DNA from: an uncultured Catenibacterium sp.
GTDB lineage: Bacteria; Bacillota_I; Bacilli_A; Erysipelotrichales; Coprobacillaceae
Assembly (NCBI RefSeq): GCF_900540665.1
Contig: NZ_UQGV01000001.1
Coordinates: forward strand, 4,967-68,966
Reading direction: 5' to 3'
Length of the DNA: 64,000 bases
Below are positions 1 to 8,997 of the stretch, piece by piece (the stretch's first letter is position 1; each line of letters opens with the position of its first letter). The position numbers were made by a program, and so were the translations under genes. Under the pieces are notes generated by a model. That model had not been told where the DNA came from. It did no database searches and worked only from the letters and a program-made list of their open reading frames with translations.

Positions 1-77
1 TTATGAATTGAGTGTAAGACAAATTCAATAACTTGTCAAATGACCCTAATCCATGTAGAATGTGAAAAGGTGATAAA

Positions 78-470
78 ATGAAAAAATTTAAAGATTTTAG
101 AGTAACAGTATTTATGATCATTATGATTCCTGCATTACTTGCATTATCTATTTATTCCAAGGTCGTATGGCATTCACAGATGCGTTTTGTTTTAGCTCTT
201 ATTATGACAATCACTATCGCATTAATCTGTTTGGCTGGCTATAATCTTCACTTATATAGCGATATTATCATGATATATACATGGAAATATGTCGCATTGC
301 TTCCAGAAATGATTGAAGTAAAAGATATTAAATCAATCAAGGCAGTAGGTAAACATAAGATCAAGATTGCTCATAAGTATATTTCTTATGCTTATGTAAG
401 TAATAGTGAAGAGTTCATGGAAAACTATCAATTATTACAGGAATCCGCGAAAGAACAAGAAAATATGTAA
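78..470 (+). CDS. hypothetical membrane protein
   Basis: 130 aa ORF whose N-terminal half is hydrophobic (two predicted TM helices). No motif I recognise. A weak RBS (aaaggtga) precedes it and a terminator hairpin follows at 485-515. Confidence 0.4.
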   Translation: MKKFKDFRVTVFMIIMIPALLALSIYSKVVWHSQMRFVLALIMTITIALICLAGYNLHLYSDIIMIYTWKYVALLPEMIEVKDIKSIKAVGKHKIKIAHKYISYAYVSNSEEFMENYQLLQESAKEQENM

Positions 471-484
471 AATCATGTGAAATA

Positions 485-515
485 CCAAATGGGCATCTAT
501 TTGGTGTTTTCTTTT
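485..515 (+). terminator. intrinsic terminator
   Basis: Stem ccaaat/atttgg with an 8-nt loop, followed by tgttttctttt. Confidence 0.5.
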
Positions 516-557
516 ACTAAAAAACCATATAGTCGTATATGTGACTATATGGTCTGA

Positions 558-821
558 TTATTTCCCTTTGAGTACAGTATACATATTAACTAAAGATAAT
601 ATGATAGATATACCGAAGAATAGTGTATCGAGAATACTGGAACTTATACCTAGTTCATCTATAAGAATAGCTGTGTTCCAGAAAGATATTGCAGCAGATA
701 TAGAAATACCTAAAGAAATCAAAACAAGTAGTACGCTATTATTATGATTACGTTTGATAAATAGGAATAAGAGTAACTGTAGAATCAATACAATTAAGAA
801 GTAAATAATAGTTGTAGTCAT
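558..821 (-). CDS. small hydrophobic membrane protein (hypothetical)
   Basis: 87 aa ORF, almost entirely hydrophobic. Convergent with the ORF at 78-470. Confidence 0.35.
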   Translation of the reverse strand: MTTTIIYFLIVLILQLLLFLFIKRNHNNSVLLVLISLGISISAAISFWNTAILIDELGISSSILDTLFFGISIILSLVNMYTVLKGK

Positions 822-1045
822 GATTCTTCTTTCTTTATGTTAAGTATTTTTACAAATATATTGTATCATAATAATAATATCAACAAGTATATATATTTGA
901 ATAAGTATTGTAGAATGAATTTTACAAACATACAATGTATTAAAGTGTTCACTATAGATTTGTGCCAATTACTTTTTTCATCTTATGCAAAAAAAAGCTT
1001 TTAGAAGATAATAAGTGTATGATGCCTTCTAGGAGGGTTAAAGAT

Positions 1046-1978
1046 ATGGATCTAGCTATTTCACTTGCTACACAAATTGGAGCTTTATTTATTATGATAG
1101 GAGTAGGATATGTACTCATTAAAACAGATATATGTACAATATCAGAATCAAAACTTTTATCACAGATTGTATTATATGTTTCTGCACCTTGTGCAATCAT
1201 CAATTCATTCCAGATTGACTTGACAGAAGAAAAGTTAAAAGGTTTCTTACTGTCTATTGGTGCAGCTATTCTTGTACATGTTATTTATTATATACTTGCT
1301 AAGATACTCACAAAGAAATGTCATTTTAATGCGATTGAATCAATGTCCATCATGTATCCTAACTGTGGAAACTTGATTCTTCCTCTTGTTTCTATCGTAT
1401 TAGGGAACGAAATGGTTTTCTATTGTTCAGGTTATATGATTGTACAGACTATATTATTGTGGACACATTGTAAGTTTATTATTAGTGAAGATACACACTT
1501 TGATTTAAAGAAGATTCTCTTGAACATCAATATGATTGCGATTGCAGCAGGTATCATTATGTTTTTTTTACAGATTAAATTACCTACGATGTTTCAGAGT
1601 GCTGTATCTGGTATGGGCAGCTTAATGGGACCATTGAGTATGTTTGTAGTTGGAATGTTACTTGCTGGTATGAATATGAAGGAAGTCTTTACCAATGTCC
1701 GTGCTTATGTCGTATGTTTCCTTCGTTTAGTTGTATTCCCAGCAATTATTTTATTAGTTTTTATTTTTACAGGTATGACAAAACTATTCCCAAGTGCATC
1801 ACAGGTATTAATGATTTCATTACTTGCAGCCAGTGGTCCAGCCGCTTCTACTGTGACTCAGTTTGCGCAATTATATGATAATCATGCTTTTGAAAGTTCA
1901 GTTATTAACGCATTATCTGTTCTTTTATGTATTATTACTATGCCAATCATCAATATCATCTATACGTTTTTGTTGTAA
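1046..1978 (+). CDS. auxin-efflux-carrier (AEC) family permease
   Basis: Polytopic membrane protein whose N-terminus (MDLAISLATQIGALFIMIGVGYVL) and overall layout resemble the malate/auxin efflux carrier family. The RBS aggaggg sits 8 nt before the ATG at 1046; the ORF-track start at 962 lacks an RBS. Confidence 0.7.
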   Translation: MDLAISLATQIGALFIMIGVGYVLIKTDICTISESKLLSQIVLYVSAPCAIINSFQIDLTEEKLKGFLLSIGAAILVHVIYYILAKILTKKCHFNAIESMSIMYPNCGNLILPLVSIVLGNEMVFYCSGYMIVQTILLWTHCKFIISEDTHFDLKKILLNINMIAIAAGIIMFFLQIKLPTMFQSAVSGMGSLMGPLSMFVVGMLLAGMNMKEVFTNVRAYVVCFLRLVVFPAIILLVFIFTGMTKLFPSASQVLMISLLAASGPAASTVTQFAQLYDNHAFESSVINALSVLLCIITMPIINIIYTFLL

Positions 1979-2023
1979 AATATAAAAACAACGTGCATAA
2001 TAGTGAATATAAGGAGGGCTAAA

Positions 2024-2581
2024 ATGTCACAAACTACGAAACGCGCTATTGAAGCGTCTTTGAAACATTTATTATTAAAGAAGCCTCTTGATAAGATCAC
2101 TATTAATGATATTGCGGAAGACTGTGGTATCAGCCGTATGACTTTCTATTATCATTTCCAGGATATTTATGATCTCGTAGAATGGTCATGTATTCAGGAT
2201 GCTGAAGAAGTATTACAGGGCCATAAAACATCTGATACATGGGAAGAAGGTCTCTATGCACTCTTTGGTGCTATCTTAGACAACAAACCATTTGTCACTA
2301 ATGTTTATCGTTCTGTTAGTCGTGAACATGTAGAAACATATCTTTATAGAATTGTATATAAGTTATTAAAGGATGTTGTAGATGAACAGGCTGTAGGAAT
2401 GAATGTCAGAGAAGATGACAAAGAGTTCCTTGCGAATTTCTATAAGTATTCTTTTGTCGGTCTTACATTAGAATGGATCAATAATGATATGCGACAGGAC
2501 CCAGAACTTATTATCCGTAAACTAGATAAAGCAATCAAAGGAAACATCAAAGCGGCCTTAAAACGCTATGAAACCTTTTAA
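2024..2581 (+). CDS. TetR/AcrR family transcriptional regulator
   Basis: N-terminal HTH reads ITINDIAEDCGISRMTFYYHFQDIYDL, matching the TetR_N signature (DhaS-like). RBS aaggaggg precedes the ATG at 2024. Confidence 0.85.
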   Translation: MSQTTKRAIEASLKHLLLKKPLDKITINDIAEDCGISRMTFYYHFQDIYDLVEWSCIQDAEEVLQGHKTSDTWEEGLYALFGAILDNKPFVTNVYRSVSREHVETYLYRIVYKLLKDVVDEQAVGMNVREDDKEFLANFYKYSFVGLTLEWINNDMRQDPELIIRKLDKAIKGNIKAALKRYETF

Positions 2582-2608
2582 ACAAAAACACTATAATGTA
2601 TAAAGAAT

Positions 2609-2638
2609 AAACATCTTGTATGGGATGTTTATTTTTTT
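2609..2638 (+). terminator. intrinsic terminator
   Basis: Hairpin aacatc...gatgtt followed by a T7 run. Confidence 0.6.
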
Positions 2639-2680
2639 ATATTTTATTTTTTCTATACTATGAGGATAGGAGGGATTGCC

Positions 2681-4129
2681 ATGGATTTATTTGTGAAGCC
2701 AAGAAAAAGAGAAAACATTGATGCACATAATGCATATATATTAGGAAGTGACTTTACTAGCTTAGTGACTGCCTGTTATTTATTGAGAGATGGTTCATTA
2801 AAGGGTGAACATATTCATATTATAGATTCAGTAGATTCATTTCACCATTATGAGTCTTATCTTTCTTTTGTAGATAATCGTAGTCTCTATTTATGGGATA
2901 TATTACGTTCTATACCTTCTATAGAAACAGAGGGACTCACTGTTTTAGATGAAATGACTTATTTAAATCATGATGCACCTATGAAGACTATTCATAATAT
3001 ACAATTAAGTGATCAATTAATATCAGAACTAGTTCATTTCTTCTTTACTTCAGATGAACAATTAGAAGGTAAACAGATTAAAGATGTATTCAGTCAGGAC
3101 TTTATGGAATCTGATTTCTATTATTATTGGCATGCTTTATTTCCAGTCAATGATGCTTATTCTTTTAAAGTGACATTACATCGCTATATGCATATATTGA
3201 CCTCGCACAGCATGATTTCTCCTAAGTACTGTATATATGAATCAGTGATTGTACCTATTATAGAATATCTAGAGGCACATCATGTAGTCTTCCATTTCAA
3301 TACTGAAGTGACTCATATAGAAACAGAAGACAATAAAGCCACTGCCTTTTCTATTAAGAGTGAAGGCATGGAAGAAACTATAGATTTGACAAATCAGGAT
3401 CTTCTATTTATTCATACTAGTCAAAGTAAAGATTCTATAGGGCATGCAGTTATTACAACTCATTATGAAAAGATCATCTATTACTTAAGAAATATACTTC
3501 AAAAAGATCCACTTTCTGGTGAAGATATTACAGGTGGTGTTATTCCAATTAATGAATCAGCCTGGGAGCTCAACTGGACAATACCAAGACAGCCTTACTA
3601 TAAGAACCAGAAAGAGAATGAATGTGTTATTTTACTTCATGGATTACATCCAGAGAAGACAGGTGATTATGTAGCAAAGTCTATGCTAGAAAGTAAAGGC
3701 TATGAGATATGTGCAGAATGGCTTTATCATTTAGGTATTCCACAAGATAAAATCAATGAATTCTCATTGATGTCTGCTTCTACCGTTCCTTACACTCATA
3801 CTAGTACTCATTGTGAAGCACACACCAATGGATTAAATTATGCTTATATAGGTGAAGGAGTTTCATTACCTTATGAATATCCAGGTAGCTTAGATTATCT
3901 TGTGCATACCGCAATGAATGCAGTGTATAGTTTATTACATATCACTAGAAGTATTCCAGCTTATCGTTATTCTATTGAAGACTATTTAAGTGTCTTCTCA
4001 TCTTTATATGGTGATGAGACATTCATGGAAACTCAGTCATTCACAAAACGTCTTGTCTTAAAAGAGTTGTTAAAAAGAATAGAGGGCTCTGATCTAGAAG
4101 CCCTATTAAAGGAATATAAGTTCTTCTAG
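2681..4129 (+). CDS. oleate hydratase (MCRA) family homolog with a degenerate dinucleotide-binding motif
   Basis: The N-terminus FVKPRKRENIDAHNAYILGSDFTSLVTACYLLRDGSLKGEHIHII aligns with the oleate hydratase N-terminus (FARPKKPENVD..AYIIGSGLAGLAAA.FLIRDG..GE.IHILEE). The GxGxxG motif is replaced by GSDFTS and the following E-E-L-P-x-A-G-G-S-L-D motif is absent. At 482 aa it is shorter than the ~590 aa typical of the family. RBS taggaggg sits 6 nt before the ATG at 2681. Confidence 0.6.
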   Translation: MDLFVKPRKRENIDAHNAYILGSDFTSLVTACYLLRDGSLKGEHIHIIDSVDSFHHYESYLSFVDNRSLYLWDILRSIPSIETEGLTVLDEMTYLNHDAPMKTIHNIQLSDQLISELVHFFFTSDEQLEGKQIKDVFSQDFMESDFYYYWHALFPVNDAYSFKVTLHRYMHILTSHSMISPKYCIYESVIVPIIEYLEAHHVVFHFNTEVTHIETEDNKATAFSIKSEGMEETIDLTNQDLLFIHTSQSKDSIGHAVITTHYEKIIYYLRNILQKDPLSGEDITGGVIPINESAWELNWTIPRQPYYKNQKENECVILLHGLHPEKTGDYVAKSMLESKGYEICAEWLYHLGIPQDKINEFSLMSASTVPYTHTSTHCEAHTNGLNYAYIGEGVSLPYEYPGSLDYLVHTAMNAVYSLLHITRSIPAYRYSIEDYLSVFSSLYGDETFMETQSFTKRLVLKELLKRIEGSDLEALLKEYKFF

Positions 4130-4152
4130 ATAATATGAAAGTACTTTCTTAT

Positions 4153-4188
4153 AAGAATCTCATTATGAGGTTCTTTTTTTTTACGACA
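4153..4188 (+). terminator. intrinsic terminator
   Basis: Hairpin agaatctcat/atgaggttct (one mismatch) followed by T9. Confidence 0.6.
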
Positions 4189-4334
4189 GGCAGTCGTTTA
4201 TATGTCATGTCAACAAGGGCATGCAAAAACTTAAAGAACTAGGTATAGCGTTCTATACAAAAGAGAAATTAAAGAAAATGGACTATTCTTTATCAAGATA
4301 GTCCAATCATAAATTAAATAAATAGTAAATTGGT

Positions 4335-4402
4335 AAGCCGTATGCATTAATAGTGCACGTACGGTTTGATAAGGGGCTAGCCTAGTGATAGGTTAGCCTA
4401 CT
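4335..4402 (+). mobile_element. group II intron 3' fragment (domain V plus domain VI with a bulged A)
   Basis: Positions 4335-4367 read AAGCCGTATGCATTAATAGTGCACGTACGGTTT, which matches the domain V consensus (RAGCCGUAUG....CACGUACGGUUY). It has the AGC triad, the G-U pair, an AC bulge and a 9-bp lower stem. Positions 4374-4402 form the hairpin GGGGCTAGCCTA-gtga-TAGGTT(A)GCCTAC with a single bulged A, as expected for domain VI. There is no room upstream for domains I-IV and no IEP ORF. Confidence 0.7.
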
Positions 4403-4577
4403 TTCTTAGGTGCTCAAGTTCATCGGAACACTTGGTCACCCTAATCGGAATGAGTGATTAATTAAAGTGGAATAATAAACACCCTATCCTATATTTAACA
4501 GAATTATAAAAGAACGGAAAACAAATTATTAGTAAAATTCTTCTAAAAATATTACTTTGAATTATTCTTAATAAATA

Positions 4578-4585
4578 CGTATAAT
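4578..4585 (+). promoter_or_regulatory. -10 element of the TA-module promoter
   Basis: A TATAAT hexamer lies 22 nt upstream of the antitoxin start. Confidence 0.4.
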
Positions 4586-4607
4586 AATGATGTAAGGAGT
4601 GATTGTT

Positions 4608-4898
4608 ATGCCAGTTATTAAACCTATTTCAGATTTAAGAAATTATAATCAAGTGCTAGAAAAAGTATCTGTTGGCTCACCTGTTTATTTGACAAAAAAT
4701 GGTCATGGTTGTTATACGATTATGGATATCAATGAACAGGAGGAAATGTATGAAAAAGCAATGAAGTACGATAAACTTGTTGCTGAGATGAAACTTATGA
4801 GCATGTTAAATGAAAGTGTTGTTTCTGCTAATGAAGAAGGGTGGATTGATGAAGACGAAATGCTAAAACATTTTGAAAAGAGATTCAACAATGATTAA
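4608..4898 (+). CDS. type II antitoxin, Phd/YefM-like (partner of ParE)
   Basis: 96 aa protein with a Phd/YefM-like N-terminus (PVIKPISDLRNYNQVLEKV...PVYLTKNG...YTIMDINE) and an acidic C-terminal tail. RBS taaggagtg lies 6 nt upstream. It overlaps the downstream toxin by 8 nt. Confidence 0.7.
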   Translation: MPVIKPISDLRNYNQVLEKVSVGSPVYLTKNGHGCYTIMDINEQEEMYEKAMKYDKLVAEMKLMSMLNESVVSANEEGWIDEDEMLKHFEKRFNND

Positions 4899-5196
4899 AG
4901 TATTTTATTCACCAAAATCAAGAAAAGATTTGGATAAAATTTATGATTATATCTATGATGATTTGAATAATCCGATTGCAGCAGAAAAAACAGTAAAAGG
5001 AATTCTCAATAAAATTGGTGAAATTAAGGAATATCCTCGACTTGGACCAGTATGGTATTTAGAAAATAATATTGATAGTGGATTTCGATTTTTAACATGT
5101 GATAATTACATTATATTTTATCAGATTACTAAAGAAACTATTTTGATTGTACGAATACTACATCGCCTGCAAGATTATGTTAAACAATTATTTTAA
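4891..5196 (+). CDS. type II toxin, RelE/ParE family
   Basis: 101 aa protein whose C-terminus (...LTCDNYIIFYQI...ILIVRILHRLQDY) is typical of ParE/RelE. Its start overlaps the antitoxin stop, as usual for TA operons. Confidence 0.75.
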   Translation: MIKVFYSPKSRKDLDKIYDYIYDDLNNPIAAEKTVKGILNKIGEIKEYPRLGPVWYLENNIDSGFRFLTCDNYIIFYQITKETILIVRILHRLQDYVKQLF

Positions 5197-5262
5197 GAAA
5201 AGATATCAATTTTTACATGGTAGATTTATATAAAAATTTAATTCCAGTTTTATTTTATAATT

Positions 5263-5290
5263 GAGAGCCTTTTTTAAGGCTCTTTTTTGT
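5263..5290 (+). terminator. intrinsic terminator
   Basis: Stem gagagcctt, loop ttttt, stem aaggctctt, then ttttgt. Confidence 0.7.
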
Positions 5291-5299
5291 ATTAAAATG

Positions 5300-5335
5300 C
5301 TTTTTTTTATGAATGAAATGTGGTAGTATATTAAA
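5300..5335 (+). promoter_or_regulatory. his operon promoter (extended -10)
   Basis: The sequence tgGTAGTAT gives a TG-n-TAnnAT extended -10 at 5321-5329, about 24 nt before the leader ORF start. Confidence 0.4.
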
Positions 5336-5352
5336 AACCGAGGTGAATATTT

Positions 5353-5409
5353 ATGAAAAATACAATTTTTGTCAACAATTTACACCATCACCATCGTGGT
5401 TCTAGTTAG
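5353..5409 (+). CDS. histidine operon leader peptide (MKNTIFVNNLHHHHRGSS)
   Basis: 18-codon ORF with four consecutive His codons (cac cat cac cat). RBS aggtga lies 6 nt upstream. It sits between the promoter and a strong terminator directly before hisZ. Confidence 0.65.
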   Translation: MKNTIFVNNLHHHHRGSS

Positions 5410-5480
5410 GGTTATATCAATTTGATACAGCCCGTTTTGACATACAACTCAAAAAAGCGGACACGAAACAATGACATAAG

Positions 5481-5510
5481 GGAACAGGTCATTGGACCTG
5501 TTCCTTTTTA
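5481..5510 (+). terminator. his attenuator terminator
   Basis: Perfect 10-bp stem ggaacaggtc / gacctgttcc with a 4-nt loop, followed by ttttta. It ends 20 nt before the hisZ TTG start. Confidence 0.75.
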
Positions 5511-5530
5511 CATATAAGGGGGACATAACT

Positions 5531-6493
5531 TTGGAAGAATTTAAATATCTGATTCCTGAAGAAAGTAATGATGCAACTAGAATGGACGCTTCTTTAATGC
5601 GTACAATTGAAGGACATTTAAGAAAAACATTCAATGCACATGAATATCAGGAGTTATTATTACCTACATTTGAATATGCAGACTTGTTAAGTGGTTTTGG
5701 GACAAATGAAGAAACAATGTTTCAGTTTATCAATCATGAAGGCAAGCGTATTACGTTAAGAACTGACTTTACTGTACCGATTGCACGTATCTATAGTAAC
5801 GCTCATACAGATGAAGTAAGACGTTATAGTTATTTTGGTAAGGTATATCGTACCCAGGCACGACATAAAGGTAGAAGTTCAGAACTGTTCCAGGGTGGTA
5901 TTGAGTTATTTGGTCTTCCTGGACGTGAGGGAGATCAGGAATGCTTATCACTTATTGAAGAAACAATGCAGAATATTGGTTTAAGTGATTTAAAACTAGA
6001 ACTTGGTTCTGCAAAGTTCTATAAGCGTTTAATGGCTCTTGTAATGGATCGTTCTCTTACTGATATCTTAAAGAAAAAGAAAAGTTCTGATATGAAACAT
6101 TTAGTAGAAGCACATGATTTTGATGAAGATTTAAATAAACTCTTATTAATTCTTCCTAGTGCTTTTGGGAATATTAAATGTTTAAGAGAAGTAAAAGAGA
6201 TTGTGAAGGATGAAGAACTTCTAGAAGCTATTGAAGAGATGGAATCATTGTATGAGTTCTCTAATCATAAAGAGAATATGATCTTTGATTTATGCATGGT
6301 GCCTGAAAGAAGCTATTATACAGGTATTATGATGAAGGGATTCTCTTATTATAGTGCTCATCCAATTCTCCAGGGAGGACGTTATGATCATTTGTTTGAT
6401 CATTTCTATAAGAACGTACCTTCTATTGGATTCTCATATCATTTGAATAATGTATTGGATGCAATAGGAAAGGAGAATGAAGCCAATGATTAA
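5531..6493 (+). CDS. hisZ: ATP phosphoribosyltransferase regulatory subunit HisZ
   Basis: HisRS-like catalytic-domain paralog carrying the class II motifs ([18 protein letters not shown]). It is followed by a short-form hisG. The probable start is TTG at 5531 after RBS aaggggga; the ORF-track start at 5492 lies inside the terminator. Confidence 0.8.
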   Translation: MEEFKYLIPEESNDATRMDASLMRTIEGHLRKTFNAHEYQELLLPTFEYADLLSGFGTNEETMFQFINHEGKRITLRTDFTVPIARIYSNAHTDEVRRYSYFGKVYRTQARHKGRSSELFQGGIELFGLPGREGDQECLSLIEETMQNIGLSDLKLELGSAKFYKRLMALVMDRSLTDILKKKKSSDMKHLVEAHDFDEDLNKLLLILPSAFGNIKCLREVKEIVKDEELLEAIEEMESLYEFSNHKENMIFDLCMVPERSYYTGIMMKGFSYYSAHPILQGGRYDHLFDHFYKNVPSIGFSYHLNNVLDAIGKENEAND

Positions 6494-7109
6494 GATTGCG
6501 ATTACTAAAGGAAGAATAGAAAAGCAGGTATGTAAGTTATTACAACAGCAGGGCTTTGATATAGATCCTATTTTTAATAAAGACCGTGAGTTATTAATAG
6601 AGACAAAGGATGGTATTTCAATGATCTTTGCGAAAGCAAATGATGTATTGACTTTCCTAGAACACGGTATTGTGGATGTTGGATTTGTCGGTAAGGATAC
6701 TTTGGATGAATCTGATTTTGATGATTATTATGAGTTATTAGATTTAGAGATTGGTAAATGTTATTTTGCGTTAGCGGCTTATCCAGAATATCGCACAAAG
6801 ACATTTAATCGTCGTAAACGTATTACTTCTAAATATACAAAGACCGCAAAAGAATATTTCGCATCTAAACAGGAGGATGTAGAAATTATTAAACTGGAAG
6901 GTTCTGTAGAGTTGGGACCTGTTGTTGGTTTATCTGATGCGATTGTAGATATTGTAGAAACAGGATCTACACTTAAGGCCAATGGTCTTGAAGTGATTGA
7001 AAAGATTTCAGATATTTCTACAAGAATGGTTGTGAATAAAGTGGCTTTAAAATATAAGAAGGATGAAATATTCAAACTAGTGGATGCACTAAAGAAGGGG
7101 GATCATTAA
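6477..7109 (+). CDS. hisG: ATP phosphoribosyltransferase, short form (HisGS)
   Basis: 210 aa. N-terminus [13 protein letters not shown] and the GSTL motif are typical of HisG. It overlaps the hisZ stop. An alternative start lies at 6486. Confidence 0.9.
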   Translation: MKPMIKIAITKGRIEKQVCKLLQQQGFDIDPIFNKDRELLIETKDGISMIFAKANDVLTFLEHGIVDVGFVGKDTLDESDFDDYYELLDLEIGKCYFALAAYPEYRTKTFNRRKRITSKYTKTAKEYFASKQEDVEIIKLEGSVELGPVVGLSDAIVDIVETGSTLKANGLEVIEKISDISTRMVVNKVALKYKKDEIFKLVDALKKGDH

Positions 7110-7110
7110 A

Positions 7111-8406
7111 GTGTTAAAAGAATTGATTTATAAAGGAAACTATGAAGAACTAGAAAATAAACTTCATACAAGAAAAACTGAAATATCTGAAGAAGTCAAT
7201 AAGGCAGTCAGTGAAATCATTAATAATGTACGTGAAAATGGGGATGATGCATTAAAGGAATACTGTGCTAAGTTTGATGGTTTCCATGTTTCTAGAAAGG
7301 ATGATTTCATCGTTTCTAAACAAGAAATCATGGATGCTATTACTAAGGTAGGACCTGAATTCATGAAGATTCTAGAACGCACAAAGGATCAGATCACTGA
7401 ATATCATAAGAACCAGATTGAAAAATCATGGACTATGTATAAGGATAATGGTGTTGTCATGGGACAGTTAGTGCGTCCAATCGCCACAGTGGCTTTATAT
7501 GTGCCAGGTGGAACGGCTACTTATCCTTCTACTGTTATGATGAATGCTGTACCTGCAAAGCTTGCAGGTGTAGAAGATCTTTATATTATTACACCAGTAA
7601 AGAAGGATGGTAAGGTCTCTGATGTTATTTTAGCTGCTGCTTATGTAGCTGGTATTACTAAGATTTATAAATGTGGTGGAGCACAGGGTGTTGCCGCTGC
7701 TGCTTATGGAACTGATACAATTACGAAGGCAGATAAGATTGTGGGTCCAGGTAATATCTTTGTCGCAACTGCAAAGAAGTTATGTTATGGAGTCGTTGAT
7801 ATTGATATGATTGCCGGACCTAGTGAAATTCTTATTGTCGCTGATGAGAACGCAAATCCTAAATATATCGCAGCTGACTTAATGAGCCAGGCTGAACATG
7901 ATAAGCTTGCCAGTGCGATTCTTATTACAACTTCAAAAGAATTAGTAAAGAATGTAGATGAAGAATTAGTTAGACAGGTAGAAGACTTACCTCGTAAAGA
8001 CATCATCAAGTCTTCATTAGATAACTATGGTGGTGCTGTTATTGTAGATAGTATCAAGGAAGGTATTAACTTATCTAATAAGATTGCACCTGAACATTTA
8101 GAAGTATTAGTAGATAACCCATTAGAACAATTACCAAATATCAAGAACGCTGGTTCTATCTTCTTAGGTGAATATACACCAGAACCATTAGGTGACTATA
8201 TGAGTGGTACAAACCATGTATTACCAACAGGTGGTACTGCTAAGTTCTATAGTGCTTTAGGTGTTTATGATTTCGTAAAACATTCTGCTTTCAGCTATTA
8301 TCCACAGGCAGTACTTGGCACATTCAAGGATGATATTATGAAGTTTGCACATCTAGAAGGTTTAGATGCACATGCTAATAGTATCAAGGTACGTTTCGAG
8401 GATTAA
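7111..8406 (+). CDS. hisD: histidinol dehydrogenase
   Basis: 431 aa with conserved HisD blocks (SEILIVADE..., EHLE, GDY.SGTNHVLPT). GTG start. Confidence 0.9.
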   Translation: MLKELIYKGNYEELENKLHTRKTEISEEVNKAVSEIINNVRENGDDALKEYCAKFDGFHVSRKDDFIVSKQEIMDAITKVGPEFMKILERTKDQITEYHKNQIEKSWTMYKDNGVVMGQLVRPIATVALYVPGGTATYPSTVMMNAVPAKLAGVEDLYIITPVKKDGKVSDVILAAAYVAGITKIYKCGGAQGVAAAAYGTDTITKADKIVGPGNIFVATAKKLCYGVVDIDMIAGPSEILIVADENANPKYIAADLMSQAEHDKLASAILITTSKELVKNVDEELVRQVEDLPRKDIIKSSLDNYGGAVIVDSIKEGINLSNKIAPEHLEVLVDNPLEQLPNIKNAGSIFLGEYTPEPLGDYMSGTNHVLPTGGTAKFYSALGVYDFVKHSAFSYYPQAVLGTFKDDIMKFAHLEGLDAHANSIKVRFED

Positions 8407-8409
8407 TTT

Positions 8410-8997
8410 ATGCGACAGGCAGAAATAGAAAGACAGACAAAAGAGACATATGTATATGTTTCTTTAAATATTGATGGTAAAGGAGAAGCAGATGTGGATA
8501 CAGGTGTAGGGTTCATGGACCATATGCTTGAGCTTCTTGCTTTCCATGGTAATTTTGATTTAAAGGTAAGATGTAAAGGTGATCTACAGGTTGATTCTCA
8601 TCATACTGTAGAAGACTTAGGGATTGTCTTAGGACAGTGCTTCAATAAAGCTTTAGGTGATAAGCGTGGTATTACCCGTTATGGTCATTTTACTATCCCT
8701 ATGGATGAAGCACTTGTGACGACTGACTTGGATTTTAGTGGACGTCCTTATTTAGTTTTTAATGTGGAACTAGATAATATTCATCTAGGTAATTATGAAG
8801 TAGAAATGACAGAAGAATTCTTCCGTGCATTTGCCTATAACTGCTTCATGACTTTACATATTAATGAACATTATGGTAAGAATACACATCATATTATAGA
8901 GGCAATATTTAAATCTATGGCACGTGCCATCAAGGAGGCTGTCACAATTGATGAAGCCCACATTGGGCAGGTAGTATCAAGTAAAGGGGTGTTATAA
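8410..8997 (+). CDS. hisB: imidazoleglycerol-phosphate dehydratase
   Basis: 195 aa. IGPD motifs are present (DHMLELLAFHG..., HHIIEA). Confidence 0.9.
   Translation: MRQAEIERQTKETYVYVSLNIDGKGEADVDTGVGFMDHMLELLAFHGNFDLKVRCKGDLQVDSHHTVEDLGIVLGQCFNKALGDKRGITRYGHFTIPMDEALVTTDLDFSGRPYLVFNVELDNIHLGNYEVEMTEEFFRAFAYNCFMTLHINEHYGKNTHHIIEAIFKSMARAIKEAVTIDEAHIGQVVSSKGVL

Noticed and set aside
962-1045. N-terminal extensions given by the ORF track (e.g. 962-1045, 2003-2023, 2660-2680, 17043-17090, 23200-23244, 44515-44592, 45563-45658, 61686-61745)
   Set aside because: The internal ATG/GTG/TTG codons are preceded by good Shine-Dalgarno sequences and correspond to conserved protein N-termini. The upstream extensions lack an RBS or overlap terminators or neighbouring genes.
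5410-5480. Possible T-box riboswitch upstream of the his operon
   Set aside because: No AGGGTGGNACCGCG T-box sequence or specifier-loop architecture is present. A His-codon leader peptide is there instead.
5449-5634. 61-aa minus-strand ORF
   Set aside because: It lies antisense across the his attenuator hairpin and the hisZ start. No RBS is present, and the signal is explained by the structured leader.
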